The notes under the pieces were generated by a model. It was not told the origin of the DNA. It saw nothing but the letters and a program-made list of their open reading frames with translations, and did not search any database. A program made the translations under genes and the position numbers. A stretch of DNA of 46,705 nt from Gemmatimonadales bacterium (GTDB lineage Bacteria > Gemmatimonadota > Gemmatimonadetes > Gemmatimonadales > Gemmatimonadaceae), in the NCBI GenBank assembly GCA_044449225.1, contig JBIOHU010000001.1:1-46705 (forward strand), read 5' to 3'. Below, in pieces: positions 12,325 through 23,404 of this stretch (the first letter of the stretch is position 1; each line of letters begins with the position of its first letter).

Positions 12325-13659
12325 ATGCTCGCTCTGCGTCTGATCGAGCGGAAGCGGGACGGCGGACGCATCGACGCGGGCGAGTGGCGCGCCCTCGCCA
12401 ACGCCTACGCCGCCGGTCACGTCCCCGACTACCAGATGGCCGCCTTCCTCATGGCGTGCTACCTCCGCGGACTCGACCGCGTCGAGACGCGCGACCTCAC
12501 GGAGGCGATGCTCCGCAGCGGCGACGTACTCGATCTGGCCTCCCTCGGCCGGCCGCGCATCGACAAGCATTCGACCGGGGGCGTGGGCGACAAGGTGTCC
12601 ATCGTCCTTGCGCCCCTTATCTCGTCACTTGGCGTTGCCGTGCCGATGATCTCCGGCCGCGGGCTCGGCCACACGGGCGGGACCCTCGATAAGCTGGAGT
12701 CCATACCCGGGTTTCGCACTGATCTCTCGCTCGACGAGGCGAAGCGGCTCATCGAGACCTTCAACTGTGCACTGATCGGGCAGACGTCCGAGATCGCTCC
12801 CGCCGATCGAAAGATGTACGCGCTGCGCGACGCGACGGGCACGGTCGACTCCATTCCCTTCATCGCCGCGAGCATCATGAGCAAGAAGCTCGCGGAAGGA
12901 CTCACCGGACTGGTCCTCGACGTCAAGCGCGGCTCGGGTGCCTTTCTTCCGGAGCTCGATCGCGGCCTCGAGCTGGCGCGCACGATGATCGAGCTCGGCG
13001 CCGATCACGACACGCCGGTCGTCGCCCTGCTCACGGCGATGGACCGTCCCCTCGGCCGAGCCTGCGGCAACGCTCTCGAGGTCGAGGAATCGATCCTCGC
13101 TCTGCGTGGTGAGGGGCCTCCGGACCTGATGTCCGTGACCTACGCGCTGGGCGCCGAGATGCTCGTCCTGGCGAAGGCGGCTCCCGACCACGACGCGGCG
13201 CGGCGCCGGATGGAGCAGGCGATCGGCACCGGCCGCGCCGCCGAGCACTTCCAGCAACTCATCGAGGCGCAGGGGGGCAATCCTGCCGTCGTCGACGATC
13301 CGGCGCTGCTGCCCCAGGCGGCGGAAGTCGAGCTCTACGCCGCACCGCGACGCGGGTTCATCGCCCGCGTCGAGCCACGTGCCATCGGGCGCGGCATCAC
13401 CGCGCTCGGCGGCGGACGCACGACGATGGAGGACAAGCTCGACCTCTCGGTCGGCTTCATGATCTCCGTGCGACCGGGCGACTGGGTGGAGCAGGGTGAG
13501 CCGATGGCATCCATCTTCGCTCAGGACCGTGCCGGCGTGGAAAGTGGTCGCGCGACGCTGCGAGCGGCGATCAGCATCGCCGACGAGGCCGATCCCCCAC
13601 TCCCGTTGGTCTCACACCGCGTCACCGCGGCAGGAGTGGAACAGCTCGTTGACGTCTGA
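12325..13659 (+). CDS. deoA: Thymidine/pyrimidine-nucleoside phosphorylase
   Basis: It has LIERKRDGG.., DKHSTGGVGDK and SGRGLGHTGGTLDKLE. An alternative GTG start lies at 12298. Confidence 0.9.
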   Translation: MLALRLIERKRDGGRIDAGEWRALANAYAAGHVPDYQMAAFLMACYLRGLDRVETRDLTEAMLRSGDVLDLASLGRPRIDKHSTGGVGDKVSIVLAPLISSLGVAVPMISGRGLGHTGGTLDKLESIPGFRTDLSLDEAKRLIETFNCALIGQTSEIAPADRKMYALRDATGTVDSIPFIAASIMSKKLAEGLTGLVLDVKRGSGAFLPELDRGLELARTMIELGADHDTPVVALLTAMDRPLGRACGNALEVEESILALRGEGPPDLMSVTYALGAEMLVLAKAAPDHDAARRRMEQAIGTGRAAEHFQQLIEAQGGNPAVVDDPALLPQAAEVELYAAPRRGFIARVEPRAIGRGITALGGGRTTMEDKLDLSVGFMISVRPGDWVEQGEPMASIFAQDRAGVESGRATLRAAISIADEADPPLPLVSHRVTAAGVEQLVDV

Positions 13660-13738
13660 GCGCGCGCTTTGCATCATTTCGTCGGCGGCGTGAACGCGAT
13701 CGCCACCTGAGGTCACGACCCGATCAGGAGAGAACTCG

Positions 13739-13981
13739 ATGCCGCCGAAAATTGCCCGACTCGCCGGATTCGGCGCCTTCGCCGCTTGCGCGGCCTTCGC
13801 TGCCCTCTTCGTCCTGTTCGTCATCGGGACCTGGCCCTCGCCATCCTCCGGGCTCGACAGCACGGAGCGCTTCCTTTCCTGGTTCGGCGTCGGTGCCGTA
13901 CTATTCGCCTTGCTCGGCGTGCACCTGGTGATCGGCCGGCGCCTGCTCGCCGTGAGTCGTGGCGTGGCGGAGCCGGTCTAG
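13739..13981 (+). CDS. Small two-TM membrane protein, hypothetical
   Basis: 80 aa with two hydrophobic helices. A GGAGAG Shine-Dalgarno-like sequence ends 7 nt upstream of the ATG. Confidence 0.5.
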   Translation: MPPKIARLAGFGAFAACAAFAALFVLFVIGTWPSPSSGLDSTERFLSWFGVGAVLFALLGVHLVIGRRLLAVSRGVAEPV

Positions 13982-13987
13982 CGGCGC

Positions 13988-15709
13988 CTACTGCCGACAG
14001 CCGCCATTCGGGTCGGGAACCGGCTTGTCCACCACCAGCCGCTGCGGTCGATTCGCCACCGCCTCGGCGATGTCGTGCACGAACTGCGCGACCCGGGCGA
14101 GGTGGCCGTAGTCGATGTACTGCGGCTCGTCGGTCACCTGATGGTAGTCGGTATGGTAGCCGAGCGAGAAGTACGTGATGGGGATGCCGTACCGGGCGTA
14201 CATATAGTGGTCGCTGCGGCAGTAGCGGTTGAGCGGGTGGCCGTTTGCGTCGAACGACGCATCGATGTCCATGTGCGGCGTACGGGCGGCGTTCACCGAG
14301 TCGATGAGGTCGCCGAGCTGCGTCGAGAGACGCCGTTGCCCGATGAGCTCCACGTTGTTCGGGCCGCGACCCATGATGTCGGTCGGCTTGCCGCGGCCGA
14401 CCATGTCCATGTTGAGTTGCGCCACGATCGAGTCGCGCGGCACGGTGGGATGGTCGGTGAACCACTGCGATCCCCATAGCCCCTTCTCCTCGCCGGTGTG
14501 CGACACGAACAGCAGGGAACGGCGCGGTCGTTCCGGTGCCGTGGCAAACCGCTGCGCGATCTCCAGCATCGCCACCGTGCCGGAGCCGTCGTCGTCGGCG
14601 CCGTTGTTCACCGAGTCCGGGCGCACCCCGCCGTGCGCGAGGGTCAGGCTGTCGCGCAGCACGCGAATCCGTGCCGCCTCTGCGGCCGTAGGCGTGCGGA
14701 CGGGGTCCTGCACGCCCTGTCGCCGCACGACCATGTTGTTGGCGAGGACGGAGTCGTGGTCGAGGGGACGCGCCGTGAGCCCGATGTGATCGTTGTGCGC
14801 TCCGATCGCGACGTACTGTCCGCGGAGCGCCGGATCGCGGCCGGGGAGGATGCCGATCACGTTGCGCGATGGGAACGCCGCCGGCGTGTCGACGAAGGCG
14901 AGATTGCCGCTCACCGCACGCCCGGTCGCACCCACGGCGAGGCCGTCGAGCGAAGAGACTCCGAGCATCCGGCGCGCGGCGGCCGGCGACACGAGCAGCA
15001 GCGCCGGTCCAACGGGCAGCGCCGGCTCGGCGCGCGGATGAGTCTGGGCTCCCCGGAGGCGTGCGATCTGGCCTGGAGTCGCCGCGTCGAGCGATACGCC
15101 GGCGATGCCGGCTGCGCTCGCGTATGGCGCCAGGGATGTGCTGGCGTAGAAGCGGTAGTCCCGTCGTCCTGTCGTCGTCGTCGGCACGGCGAACACCACG
15201 AGCTTGCCGGTCGCCGCCTCGGGAGCGATCAACGTCCCGCCGAGCTGGCCGCCGTAGACCACTGATGCACCGTCGAGCGAGCGCGTCGACGCGCCGCTCG
15301 GGAAGGCACGGCCGGCCGTGCCGGGCACGATCGGCACGACGTCCGTACCGAGGACGAGCGGGACGCCGTCCACGCGAAGGGTGCGGGAGCTGTCGAGGCG
15401 CGAGACGACGACCGGCACCGTCTGGAAGTAGCTGCCGTTCTCGCCGCCAGGGAGCAACCCCATCCGGCGCATCTCGCCGGCGACGTAGTCGGTGCCCTTG
15501 ACGTTGCCGATGGTGCCGGCCTTCCGGCCGAGCATCGAGTCGTCGGCGAAGATGTACAGGCGGGTCATCGCGTCGGCGGCGGTGATCGCGCCGACGGTCG
15601 GCGACGGTAGGTGCGAGCGGACCTCGCCGATCGGGGTGACGACGGTGGTGCCGGACGTCGCGCAGCCGGCGAGTAGCGCGGCGAGCGGAAGGAATCGGAT
15701 GCGTGGCAT
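13988..15709 (-). CDS. M28-family aminopeptidase lipoprotein
   Basis: It has the lipobox LLAGC. The M28 metal-ligand regions are HNDH, DDDGSG, GEEKGLWGS and a C-terminal H. Confidence 0.8.
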   Translation of the reverse strand: MPRIRFLPLAALLAGCATSGTTVVTPIGEVRSHLPSPTVGAITAADAMTRLYIFADDSMLGRKAGTIGNVKGTDYVAGEMRRMGLLPGGENGSYFQTVPVVVSRLDSSRTLRVDGVPLVLGTDVVPIVPGTAGRAFPSGASTRSLDGASVVYGGQLGGTLIAPEAATGKLVVFAVPTTTTGRRDYRFYASTSLAPYASAAGIAGVSLDAATPGQIARLRGAQTHPRAEPALPVGPALLLVSPAAARRMLGVSSLDGLAVGATGRAVSGNLAFVDTPAAFPSRNVIGILPGRDPALRGQYVAIGAHNDHIGLTARPLDHDSVLANNMVVRRQGVQDPVRTPTAAEAARIRVLRDSLTLAHGGVRPDSVNNGADDDGSGTVAMLEIAQRFATAPERPRRSLLFVSHTGEEKGLWGSQWFTDHPTVPRDSIVAQLNMDMVGRGKPTDIMGRGPNNVELIGQRRLSTQLGDLIDSVNAARTPHMDIDASFDANGHPLNRYCRSDHYMYARYGIPITYFSLGYHTDYHQVTDEPQYIDYGHLARVAQFVHDIAEAVANRPQRLVVDKPVPDPNGGCRQ

Positions 15710-15784
15710 GGCTCGGGCTGGATGGACGATCGGGAGGTCAAACGAAGTATCGCCCAGGGGAGCCCGCGGCGGGAGCGGCGTCGA

Positions 15785-15813
15785 TTGACAATAGATAGCT
15801 AGCTATCTATTGT
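15785..15813 (+). promoter_or_regulatory. Sigma-70-type promoter for marR
   Basis: TTGACA (15785-15790), a 17-nt spacer, then TATTGT (15808-15813). The first possible start codon (GTG at 15820) lies 7 nt after the -10 element. Confidence 0.5.
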
Positions 15814-15814
15814 C
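15787..15814. promoter_or_regulatory. Perfect 28-bp palindrome; probable MarR operator
   Basis: GACAATAGATAGCT|AGCTATCTATTGTC. I checked all 14 positions of each arm by hand. It is AT-rich within a GC-rich genome and spans the promoter spacer and the -10 element. Confidence 0.75.
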
Positions 15815-15819
15815 CGGCC

Positions 15820-16296
15820 GTGACCACCAGGCATCATGGCGACCGGGCAGTGCTCGAGAACGCTTTCATTGGCTCCATCGGAGCGCTCCACCGTGAGCTG
15901 CGCCGTGTCTACGATCGCCAGCTCGGTCCCTCCGGGCTCTCCCTGGCCCACGCGTGGCCGGTCGTCCTCATCGCCGAACATGCCGGCATGCGCCAGCGAG
16001 AACTGGCCGAGCGACTCGACGTCGAAGGGCCTACCCTCGTCCGTTTGCTCCATCAGCTCGCGGCACTGGGTCTCGTCATGCGGAAACAGGATCCTGACGA
16101 CCAGCGAGCCAACGCGATCCATCTCACGGCGGCGGGGCAGGCCACGGCGCGGCGCGTCCGCCGAACGATGGACGCCGTGCGCGCGCGGCTGCTCGCCGAT
16201 GTGTCCGACGACGAGCTCGCGGAGTCGCTGCGCGTGTTCGAGGCGCTGCGCGAGGCGATGTCGACGGACGACGCGAAACAGGTAAGCCATGGCTGA
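15820..16296 (+). CDS. MarR-family transcriptional regulator
   Basis: It has the winged-HTH core (MRQRELAERLDVEGPTLVRLLHQL..GLV.R..DP.D.R). The start is GTG at 15820, with an alternative GTG at 15850. Confidence 0.85.
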   Translation: MTTRHHGDRAVLENAFIGSIGALHRELRRVYDRQLGPSGLSLAHAWPVVLIAEHAGMRQRELAERLDVEGPTLVRLLHQLAALGLVMRKQDPDDQRANAIHLTAAGQATARRVRRTMDAVRARLLADVSDDELAESLRVFEALREAMSTDDAKQVSHG

Positions 16297-17917
16297 GGCA
16301 GTCCGCATCGTCGAGCTCTCGGCCGACGAGGAGCCGACGGCAATCCTCGAGCCGGTCGGCGGGAGCGTCCGCCACGACGGCGTCGAGCATCGCTACATCA
16401 TCGCCTTCGCGGTCGTGCTGGCTGCCGTCATGCAGGTCATCGACAGCTCGATCGTCAACGTCGCGTTGCCCGACATGATGGGCAACCTCGGGGCGAGCCT
16501 CGACGAGATCGCCTGGGTGTCCACCGGCTACATCCTCGCGAGCGTCATCGTCATTCCTCTCACCGGGTTTCTCGGTGATCTGTTCGGTCGCAAGCGCTAT
16601 TTCGTCGGCTCGATCATCGTCTTCACGATGTCGAGCTTCTTCTGCGGCGCGTCGGGGTCGCTCGGAGCGCTGATCTTCTGGCGCATCGTGCAGGGAGTGG
16701 GGGGCGGCGCACTGATGACGGTGTCGCAGGCCGTGCTCTTCGAGTCCTTCCCGACCGAGGAGGCCGGCATGGCCATGGCGCTCTTCGGCCTCGGCGTCAT
16801 GGTGGGTCCGACGATCGGTCCGACGCTCGGCGGCTGGCTGACCGACAACTACGGCTGGCCCTGGATCTTCTACGTCAACATTCCCGTCGGCATTCTTGCC
16901 GCGGTGATGATCGCCGGCTACGTGCACGACCCCGCGTACCAGAAGAAGCCGCGCCGCATCGACTACACGGGCATCGCCCTCCTCGCGGTGAGCGTCGGGG
17001 CGCTGCAGTACGTGCTCGAGCACGGCGAGCGGGACGACTGGTTCGCTTCGCACTTCATCCTCTCGCTGACGGTCATCGGCGTCGTCGGCGGCATCGCGCT
17101 GGTGTGGCGCGAGCTGACGACCGACCATCCCGTCGTCGACTTCCGCGTGCTCCGACATCGACAGATGTGGGTCGGCACGGTGCTCGGCGTCGTGATGGGC
17201 ATCGGATTGTACGCAATGTCGTTCACCCTGCCGGTGTTTCTGCAGGGCAATCTGCACCTGACGGCGGAGCAGACCGGGATCGTGCTGCTGCCGGGCGCGC
17301 TGGCGACGGCGATCGCGATGGCCGTCGTCGGGCGCCTCACCAACAAGGTGGACCCGCGGCTGCTCATCGCCGCCGGCGCGATCATCTTCGCTATCGCGGC
17401 GTGGGAGCTGTCGCTGATGACGAGCCAGAGCGGAGGCAACGACTTCTTCTGGCCGCTCATCCTGCGCGGCGTCGGCCTCGGCCTGATGTTCGTGCCGTTG
17501 ACGACGATCACCCTCGCCGAGCTGGCGCCGCAGGAGCTGGCCCAGGGGACAGGACTCTACAACTTCTTCCGCCAGCTCGGCGGATCGTTCGGCATCGCCG
17601 GCATCTCCACGCTGCTCATTCGGTACACGGGCGAAAGCCGCGCGACGCTGGTGCAGCACATCAGCGCGAGCGACCCGATCAGCCTCGCGCGGCTCGAGGC
17701 GCTGACGCGCGGGATGGTCGCTCGCGGCGCCGATCTCTGGACGGCGAAGAGCCGCGCTCTCGCGCTGATGGATGCGCAGCTCATGGGGCAGGCGAGCGTG
17801 ATCGCCTATGGCCGGATCTACGTGCTGAGCGCGATCATCATTCTCGTCCTCATTCCCCTGCTGCTCCTGGTGCGAAAGACCAGTGGCGCAGCAGGGGCAC
17901 ACGCGATCATGGAGTAA
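16289..17917 (+). CDS. MFS drug-efflux transporter, DHA2/EmrB-QacA type (14 TM)
   Basis: 542 aa with about 14 hydrophobic segments. It has the MFS motif GDLFGRKR. The ATG overlaps the marR stop (ATGGCTGA). Confidence 0.85.
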   Translation: MAEAVRIVELSADEEPTAILEPVGGSVRHDGVEHRYIIAFAVVLAAVMQVIDSSIVNVALPDMMGNLGASLDEIAWVSTGYILASVIVIPLTGFLGDLFGRKRYFVGSIIVFTMSSFFCGASGSLGALIFWRIVQGVGGGALMTVSQAVLFESFPTEEAGMAMALFGLGVMVGPTIGPTLGGWLTDNYGWPWIFYVNIPVGILAAVMIAGYVHDPAYQKKPRRIDYTGIALLAVSVGALQYVLEHGERDDWFASHFILSLTVIGVVGGIALVWRELTTDHPVVDFRVLRHRQMWVGTVLGVVMGIGLYAMSFTLPVFLQGNLHLTAEQTGIVLLPGALATAIAMAVVGRLTNKVDPRLLIAAGAIIFAIAAWELSLMTSQSGGNDFFWPLILRGVGLGLMFVPLTTITLAELAPQELAQGTGLYNFFRQLGGSFGIAGISTLLIRYTGESRATLVQHISASDPISLARLEALTRGMVARGADLWTAKSRALALMDAQLMGQASVIAYGRIYVLSAIIILVLIPLLLLVRKTSGAAGAHAIME

Positions 17918-17920
17918 CCG

Positions 17921-19882
<1,962 letters not shown>

Positions 19883-20058
19883 CTAAAATTGCCCACCGAA
19901 TACATACCGAAAGAGGGCCGCGCCCCAAAAAACGAAATCTAATGAATCGCGGTCGCCAGCGCAACCGCGATCAGTGTTCGTAAGTGCTTGTAATTCTTGT
20001 GGTTATGACTCTGGCACCGACGCCGCGTCTCCCCCACCGCAGAGCGCCTCCCCTTCTC

Positions 20059-20370
20059 TCACATCCGCTTCAGCACCCATCGGATCCGCTTCACGGCGAG
20101 CCGTCCCTGCTTCGCGTTCAGCGAGAGCAACAGCTCCGGCTCCATCATTGACAACTCGGTCATCCACGCGTTCGTCGTCACCGCCACGAACAGTGTTCCG
20201 TCGGCGGCGATCGACATCGGTTGCGTCACCTGCGCGATCTGCGCGCCGACGAGACCAGTCCACTCCGGGATGATTCCCGCCTGCTCCACGCGGGCCGCGA
20301 TGCCGGTATCCTTCAGCACGCCGGCCAGCACGTCGGCGATCGACGAGGGCCGCTTCTTCGCCGGACTCAC
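20059..20370 (-). CDS. DUF721-family protein (the recF-gyrB spacer gene)
   Basis: 103 aa in the typical position between recF and gyrB. The GTG start overlaps the recF TGA (GTGA). Confidence 0.7.
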   Translation of the reverse strand: MSPAKKRPSSIADVLAGVLKDTGIAARVEQAGIIPEWTGLVGAQIAQVTQPMSIAADGTLFVAVTTNAWMTELSMMEPELLLSLNAKQGRLAVKRIRWVLKRM

Positions 20371-21527
20371 GAGACGGCCGCCAGCGAATCAGCCGGCTCC
20401 AGCACGCCGGCGGTGATGCGCCACCGCGCGAGCTGCGTGAGTGCTGGCGGAATGTCCCCCTCGCGCGGCACGGTGAGCAGGGTCTGTCCCATGCCGTGGT
20501 CCGCCAGCAGCTCGAGGATGCGCGCCGACCGACGCGCGTCGAGCTCGGCGAACGGGTCGTCGAGCAGCAGCAGCGGGGCCGCGCCGAGGCGCTCGCGGAG
20601 CGTCTCTCCCTCGAGCAGCCGCAGCGCGATTGCCGCAGTGCGTTGCTGTCCGGCCGAACCGAACTCGCGAAGCTCGCGCCCGTCCAGCGTCAGGGCCAGA
20701 TCGTCGCGGTGCGGACCGGCGTGGGTCAGTCCGCGGCGGAGGTCGAGCGCACGCCTGGACTCCAGCGCTCGACGCAATGCGTCGCGCACGCCGACGAGGT
20801 CGTGCGATGCTGGCGTCAGCGGAGTCGCGTAGCGCAGTCCGACGGCAGCCTGCTCGCCGATCGCCGCGCACACGTCGGAAAAGCGGGGCATGGCAGTCGC
20901 CGTCCAGTTCACGCGCTCGCGCCAAAGCACCGCGCCGTGTTCGGCCAGGGGCTCCTCCCACACGGCGATCCGTTCCTCGGCCCTGCTTCCGCCGCCGTGC
21001 AGCACGCCGCGTAGCGCGGCGTTGCGCTGCGCGAGCGCATGCCGATAGCGCTGCAGCGCCGCGAGGTACGGGCGCGACGACAGGGCGAGCAAGATGTCCA
21101 GATAGCGCCGTCGCGCGTTGGGCGAGCCAGCGACCAGCTCGAGGTCCGCGGGAGAGAAGAGCACGCAGGGCAGCGCGCCGAGCGCATCGCTCAGCCGCTG
21201 CGGCTCGGCGCCGTCGAGCTTCACCCGCTTGCGCCGGCCGGCGCGCTCGAAGCCGGCGGAGAGCTCATGATGTGCCCCGCCATCGACGCGAGCGGAGACG
21301 TGGAACCCATGCGCGCCGAACCGAACGACGTCGACGTCGCGCGCCCCACGCACGCTCCGCAGCAGGTGCAGGTAGTACACGGCCTCGAGCAGGTTGGACT
21401 TTCCCTGCCCGTTCTCTCCGATGATCGCCACACCGGCGGCGGGAAACTCGGCATCGAGCCGCTCCAGGTTGCGGAAGTCGCGCAGCGCGAGCGACCGCAA
21501 CACCACGCGCGAGCCGTCGCGTGTCAC
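20367..21527 (-). CDS. recF: DNA replication/repair protein RecF
   Basis: It has LALRDFRNLE, the Walker A GENGQGKSNLLEA, the signature GSAGQQRT and the Walker B LLLLDD. I trimmed the 534-aa ORF to the GTG at 21527. An alternative start lies about 8 codons downstream. Confidence 0.85.
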   Translation of the reverse strand: MTRDGSRVVLRSLALRDFRNLERLDAEFPAAGVAIIGENGQGKSNLLEAVYYLHLLRSVRGARDVDVVRFGAHGFHVSARVDGGAHHELSAGFERAGRRKRVKLDGAEPQRLSDALGALPCVLFSPADLELVAGSPNARRRYLDILLALSSRPYLAALQRYRHALAQRNAALRGVLHGGGSRAEERIAVWEEPLAEHGAVLWRERVNWTATAMPRFSDVCAAIGEQAAVGLRYATPLTPASHDLVGVRDALRRALESRRALDLRRGLTHAGPHRDDLALTLDGRELREFGSAGQQRTAAIALRLLEGETLRERLGAAPLLLLDDPFAELDARRSARILELLADHGMGQTLLTVPREGDIPPALTQLARWRITAGVLEPADSLAAVS

Positions 21528-22303
21528 CTGCCGGCGAACGACGGCGCGCGCTTCTCGAGGAAGGCGCGCATGCCTTCGGCCTTGTCGGCGCTCGCCGAGA
21601 GCAGGCCGAAGTACGACGCTTCGAGCGCGATGGCGTCGTCGAGCCCCATGTCGAGGCCGCGGTCCACGGCCTCGATGCACTGCGCGACGGCGAGAGGCCC
21701 ATTCGTGAGGATCGTCGCGAGCATCGCGCGGGCGGTCGCCAGTAGCTCGGTGGCGGGCACCACGCGATTCGCCAACCCGATCCGGAACGCCTCCGACGCG
21801 TCGATCGTCTCGCCGGTGAGCAGCATCTGCAGCGCGAGCCCCTTGCCGACGAGGCGCGGAAGGCGCTGGGACCCGCCGTAGCCCGGCACGATGCCGAGTT
21901 TCACTTCGGGCTGGCCGAACTTCGCCGCCTCCGAGGCGATGCGGATGTGACAGGCCATCGCCAGCTCGCATCCGCCACCGAGAGCGAAGCCGTTCACCGC
22001 GGCGATGGTGGGCTTGGGCGACGTCTCGAAGCGCCGAAAAGTGCGCTGGCCGCGCTCGGCGCGTGCCTTGCCCTCGACGGCGCTCTGGTTCGCCAGCTCG
22101 GCGATGTCCGCGCCGGCGACGAAGGCGCGGCCGGCGCCCGTGAGAAGCACGCCGCCGACGTCATCGCGGCCCACCGCCTCGTCGATCGCAGCACCCAGCT
22201 CCGCCATCAAGGCGTCGTTGAGCGCATTCAGCTTGTCGGGGCGGTTGACCGTGATCGTGGCGATCCGGTCGGCGACGTCGAAGGTGAGAAGCTGGTAGGC
22301 CAT
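21524..22303 (-). CDS. Enoyl-CoA hydratase/isomerase (crotonase)
   Basis: 259 aa with the crotonase-fold motifs (FVAGADI.., GGGCELAMACH, E..GL.PG.GG.QRL). Confidence 0.9.
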   Translation of the reverse strand: MAYQLLTFDVADRIATITVNRPDKLNALNDALMAELGAAIDEAVGRDDVGGVLLTGAGRAFVAGADIAELANQSAVEGKARAERGQRTFRRFETSPKPTIAAVNGFALGGGCELAMACHIRIASEAAKFGQPEVKLGIVPGYGGSQRLPRLVGKGLALQMLLTGETIDASEAFRIGLANRVVPATELLATARAMLATILTNGPLAVAQCIEAVDRGLDMGLDDAIALEASYFGLLSASADKAEGMRAFLEKRAPSFAGR

Positions 22304-22385
22304 GGTCGAGGCGCCGGGGGTGAGGTCGCCGCGCGGAAGGGGAATCTACATGCGCGGACCGTCTTTTGCCTCCAGCCGGCGTGTC

Positions 22386-23396
22386 ATGGCCGAATGGATC
22401 ATTCGAGAGGGGCCGAAGAGCAATTTCCGCTACCGCCGCGCCGACGGACGACTCGTCCGGGACGTGCGCACGCTCGAGCGCATCAAGTCCCTCGCCGTCC
22501 CGCCGGGCTGGAGCGACGTGTACGTCGCGGCCAGCGCGCGGGCCGAAGTGCAGGCGTGGGGGCTGGACGTCAAAGGGCGGAAGCAGTACCGGTACCACCC
22601 CCGGGCGGTGGAGCGCGGGCAGCGCCGCAAGTACTATCGCGTGCGGGAGCTGGCGAAGGCTCTGCCCCGGATCCGAGAGAGGGTGCGGCGTGATGCGTCG
22701 TCGCGCACTCCCTCCCGCCGCGCCGTCGCCGCCGCCGTGGTCCGGTTGATCAGCGAGAGCTTCTTCCGCGTCGGCGGCGAACGGTACGCCGCGGAGAACA
22801 ACACGTTCGGCATCGCCACGCTGCGGAAGCGGCACGTCACGATCGAGAGCGGTCGTGCGACCTTCGAGTACGTCGGGAAGCGCGGCGTGGCGCAGCGTCA
22901 GGTCGTCCCCAATCGCGAGCTGGCTCGTGTGGTGAAGCGCCAGCTCGAGAGTCCCGGGGCGCGGCTTTTTCGCTACCGCGACGCCGGACGCTGGTGCGAC
23001 CTCACGGCGCGCGACGTCAACGCCTACCTTCACGACACCCTCGGCGTCGCCTTCAGCGCGAAGGACTTTCGCACCTGGGGCGGAACCCTCCGCGCGGCGA
23101 CCGTTCTGGCCGAGCTTGGGCCCGCGCGCACCGAGACCGAGGCGAAGCGCAACGTCGCGACGGCGATGCGGCTCGTCGCCTCCGAACTGGGCAACACGCC
23201 GGCGATCTGCCGGAAGTCATACGTCCATCCGATCGTCGTGGCCCGCTACGTCGACGAGGGGGACACGATTCGCCTCGCGGCGCGGCACCGGCCGCGCGCC
23301 GACGCGTACGCTCACTCGCCCGAGGAGCGCGCGCTGATCCGCTTTCTCGACGATCACTTTCCGGAGCGGCGGAGCAGACGGCGCCAGGCGGGGTAG
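22386..23396 (+). CDS. Bacterial type IB DNA topoisomerase
   Basis: It has PPGW.DV.., GRKQYRYH, TLRKRHV, FEYVGKRG and DFRTWGGT, with the active-site context RKSYVHP. Confidence 0.8.
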   Translation: MAEWIIREGPKSNFRYRRADGRLVRDVRTLERIKSLAVPPGWSDVYVAASARAEVQAWGLDVKGRKQYRYHPRAVERGQRRKYYRVRELAKALPRIRERVRRDASSRTPSRRAVAAAVVRLISESFFRVGGERYAAENNTFGIATLRKRHVTIESGRATFEYVGKRGVAQRQVVPNRELARVVKRQLESPGARLFRYRDAGRWCDLTARDVNAYLHDTLGVAFSAKDFRTWGGTLRAATVLAELGPARTETEAKRNVATAMRLVASELGNTPAICRKSYVHPIVVARYVDEGDTIRLAARHRPRADAYAHSPEERALIRFLDDHFPERRSRRRQAG

Positions 23397-23404
23397 GAGA
23401 CGGT

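Noticed and set aside
19942-19957. A 16-nt exact repeat ATGAATCGCGGTCGCC shared between the gyrB upstream region (19942-19957) and the tRNA-tuf spacer (46484-46499).
   Set aside because: My back-of-envelope estimate for a 46.7-kb GC-biased window, counting both strands, gives roughly one such match by chance. The orientation relative to the downstream gene differs between the two sites.
20367-21971. N-terminally extended versions of real genes as given in the ORF track. Examples are RecF at 534 aa, the lipoprotein at 3068-4171, the TPR gene at 4620-5243, the PRTase at 5159-5863, the transglutaminase-like gene at 31465-33426, the ABC ATPase at 30680-31819, CcmE at 23767-25005 and the UDG gene at 22994-24100.
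   Set aside because: The extensions are Arg/Pro/Gly-rich. They overlap the confidently called upstream gene. In each case an internal ATG or GTG sits exactly at or overlapping the upstream stop codon and restores a normal-length protein with a proper N-terminus, signal peptide or TM segment.
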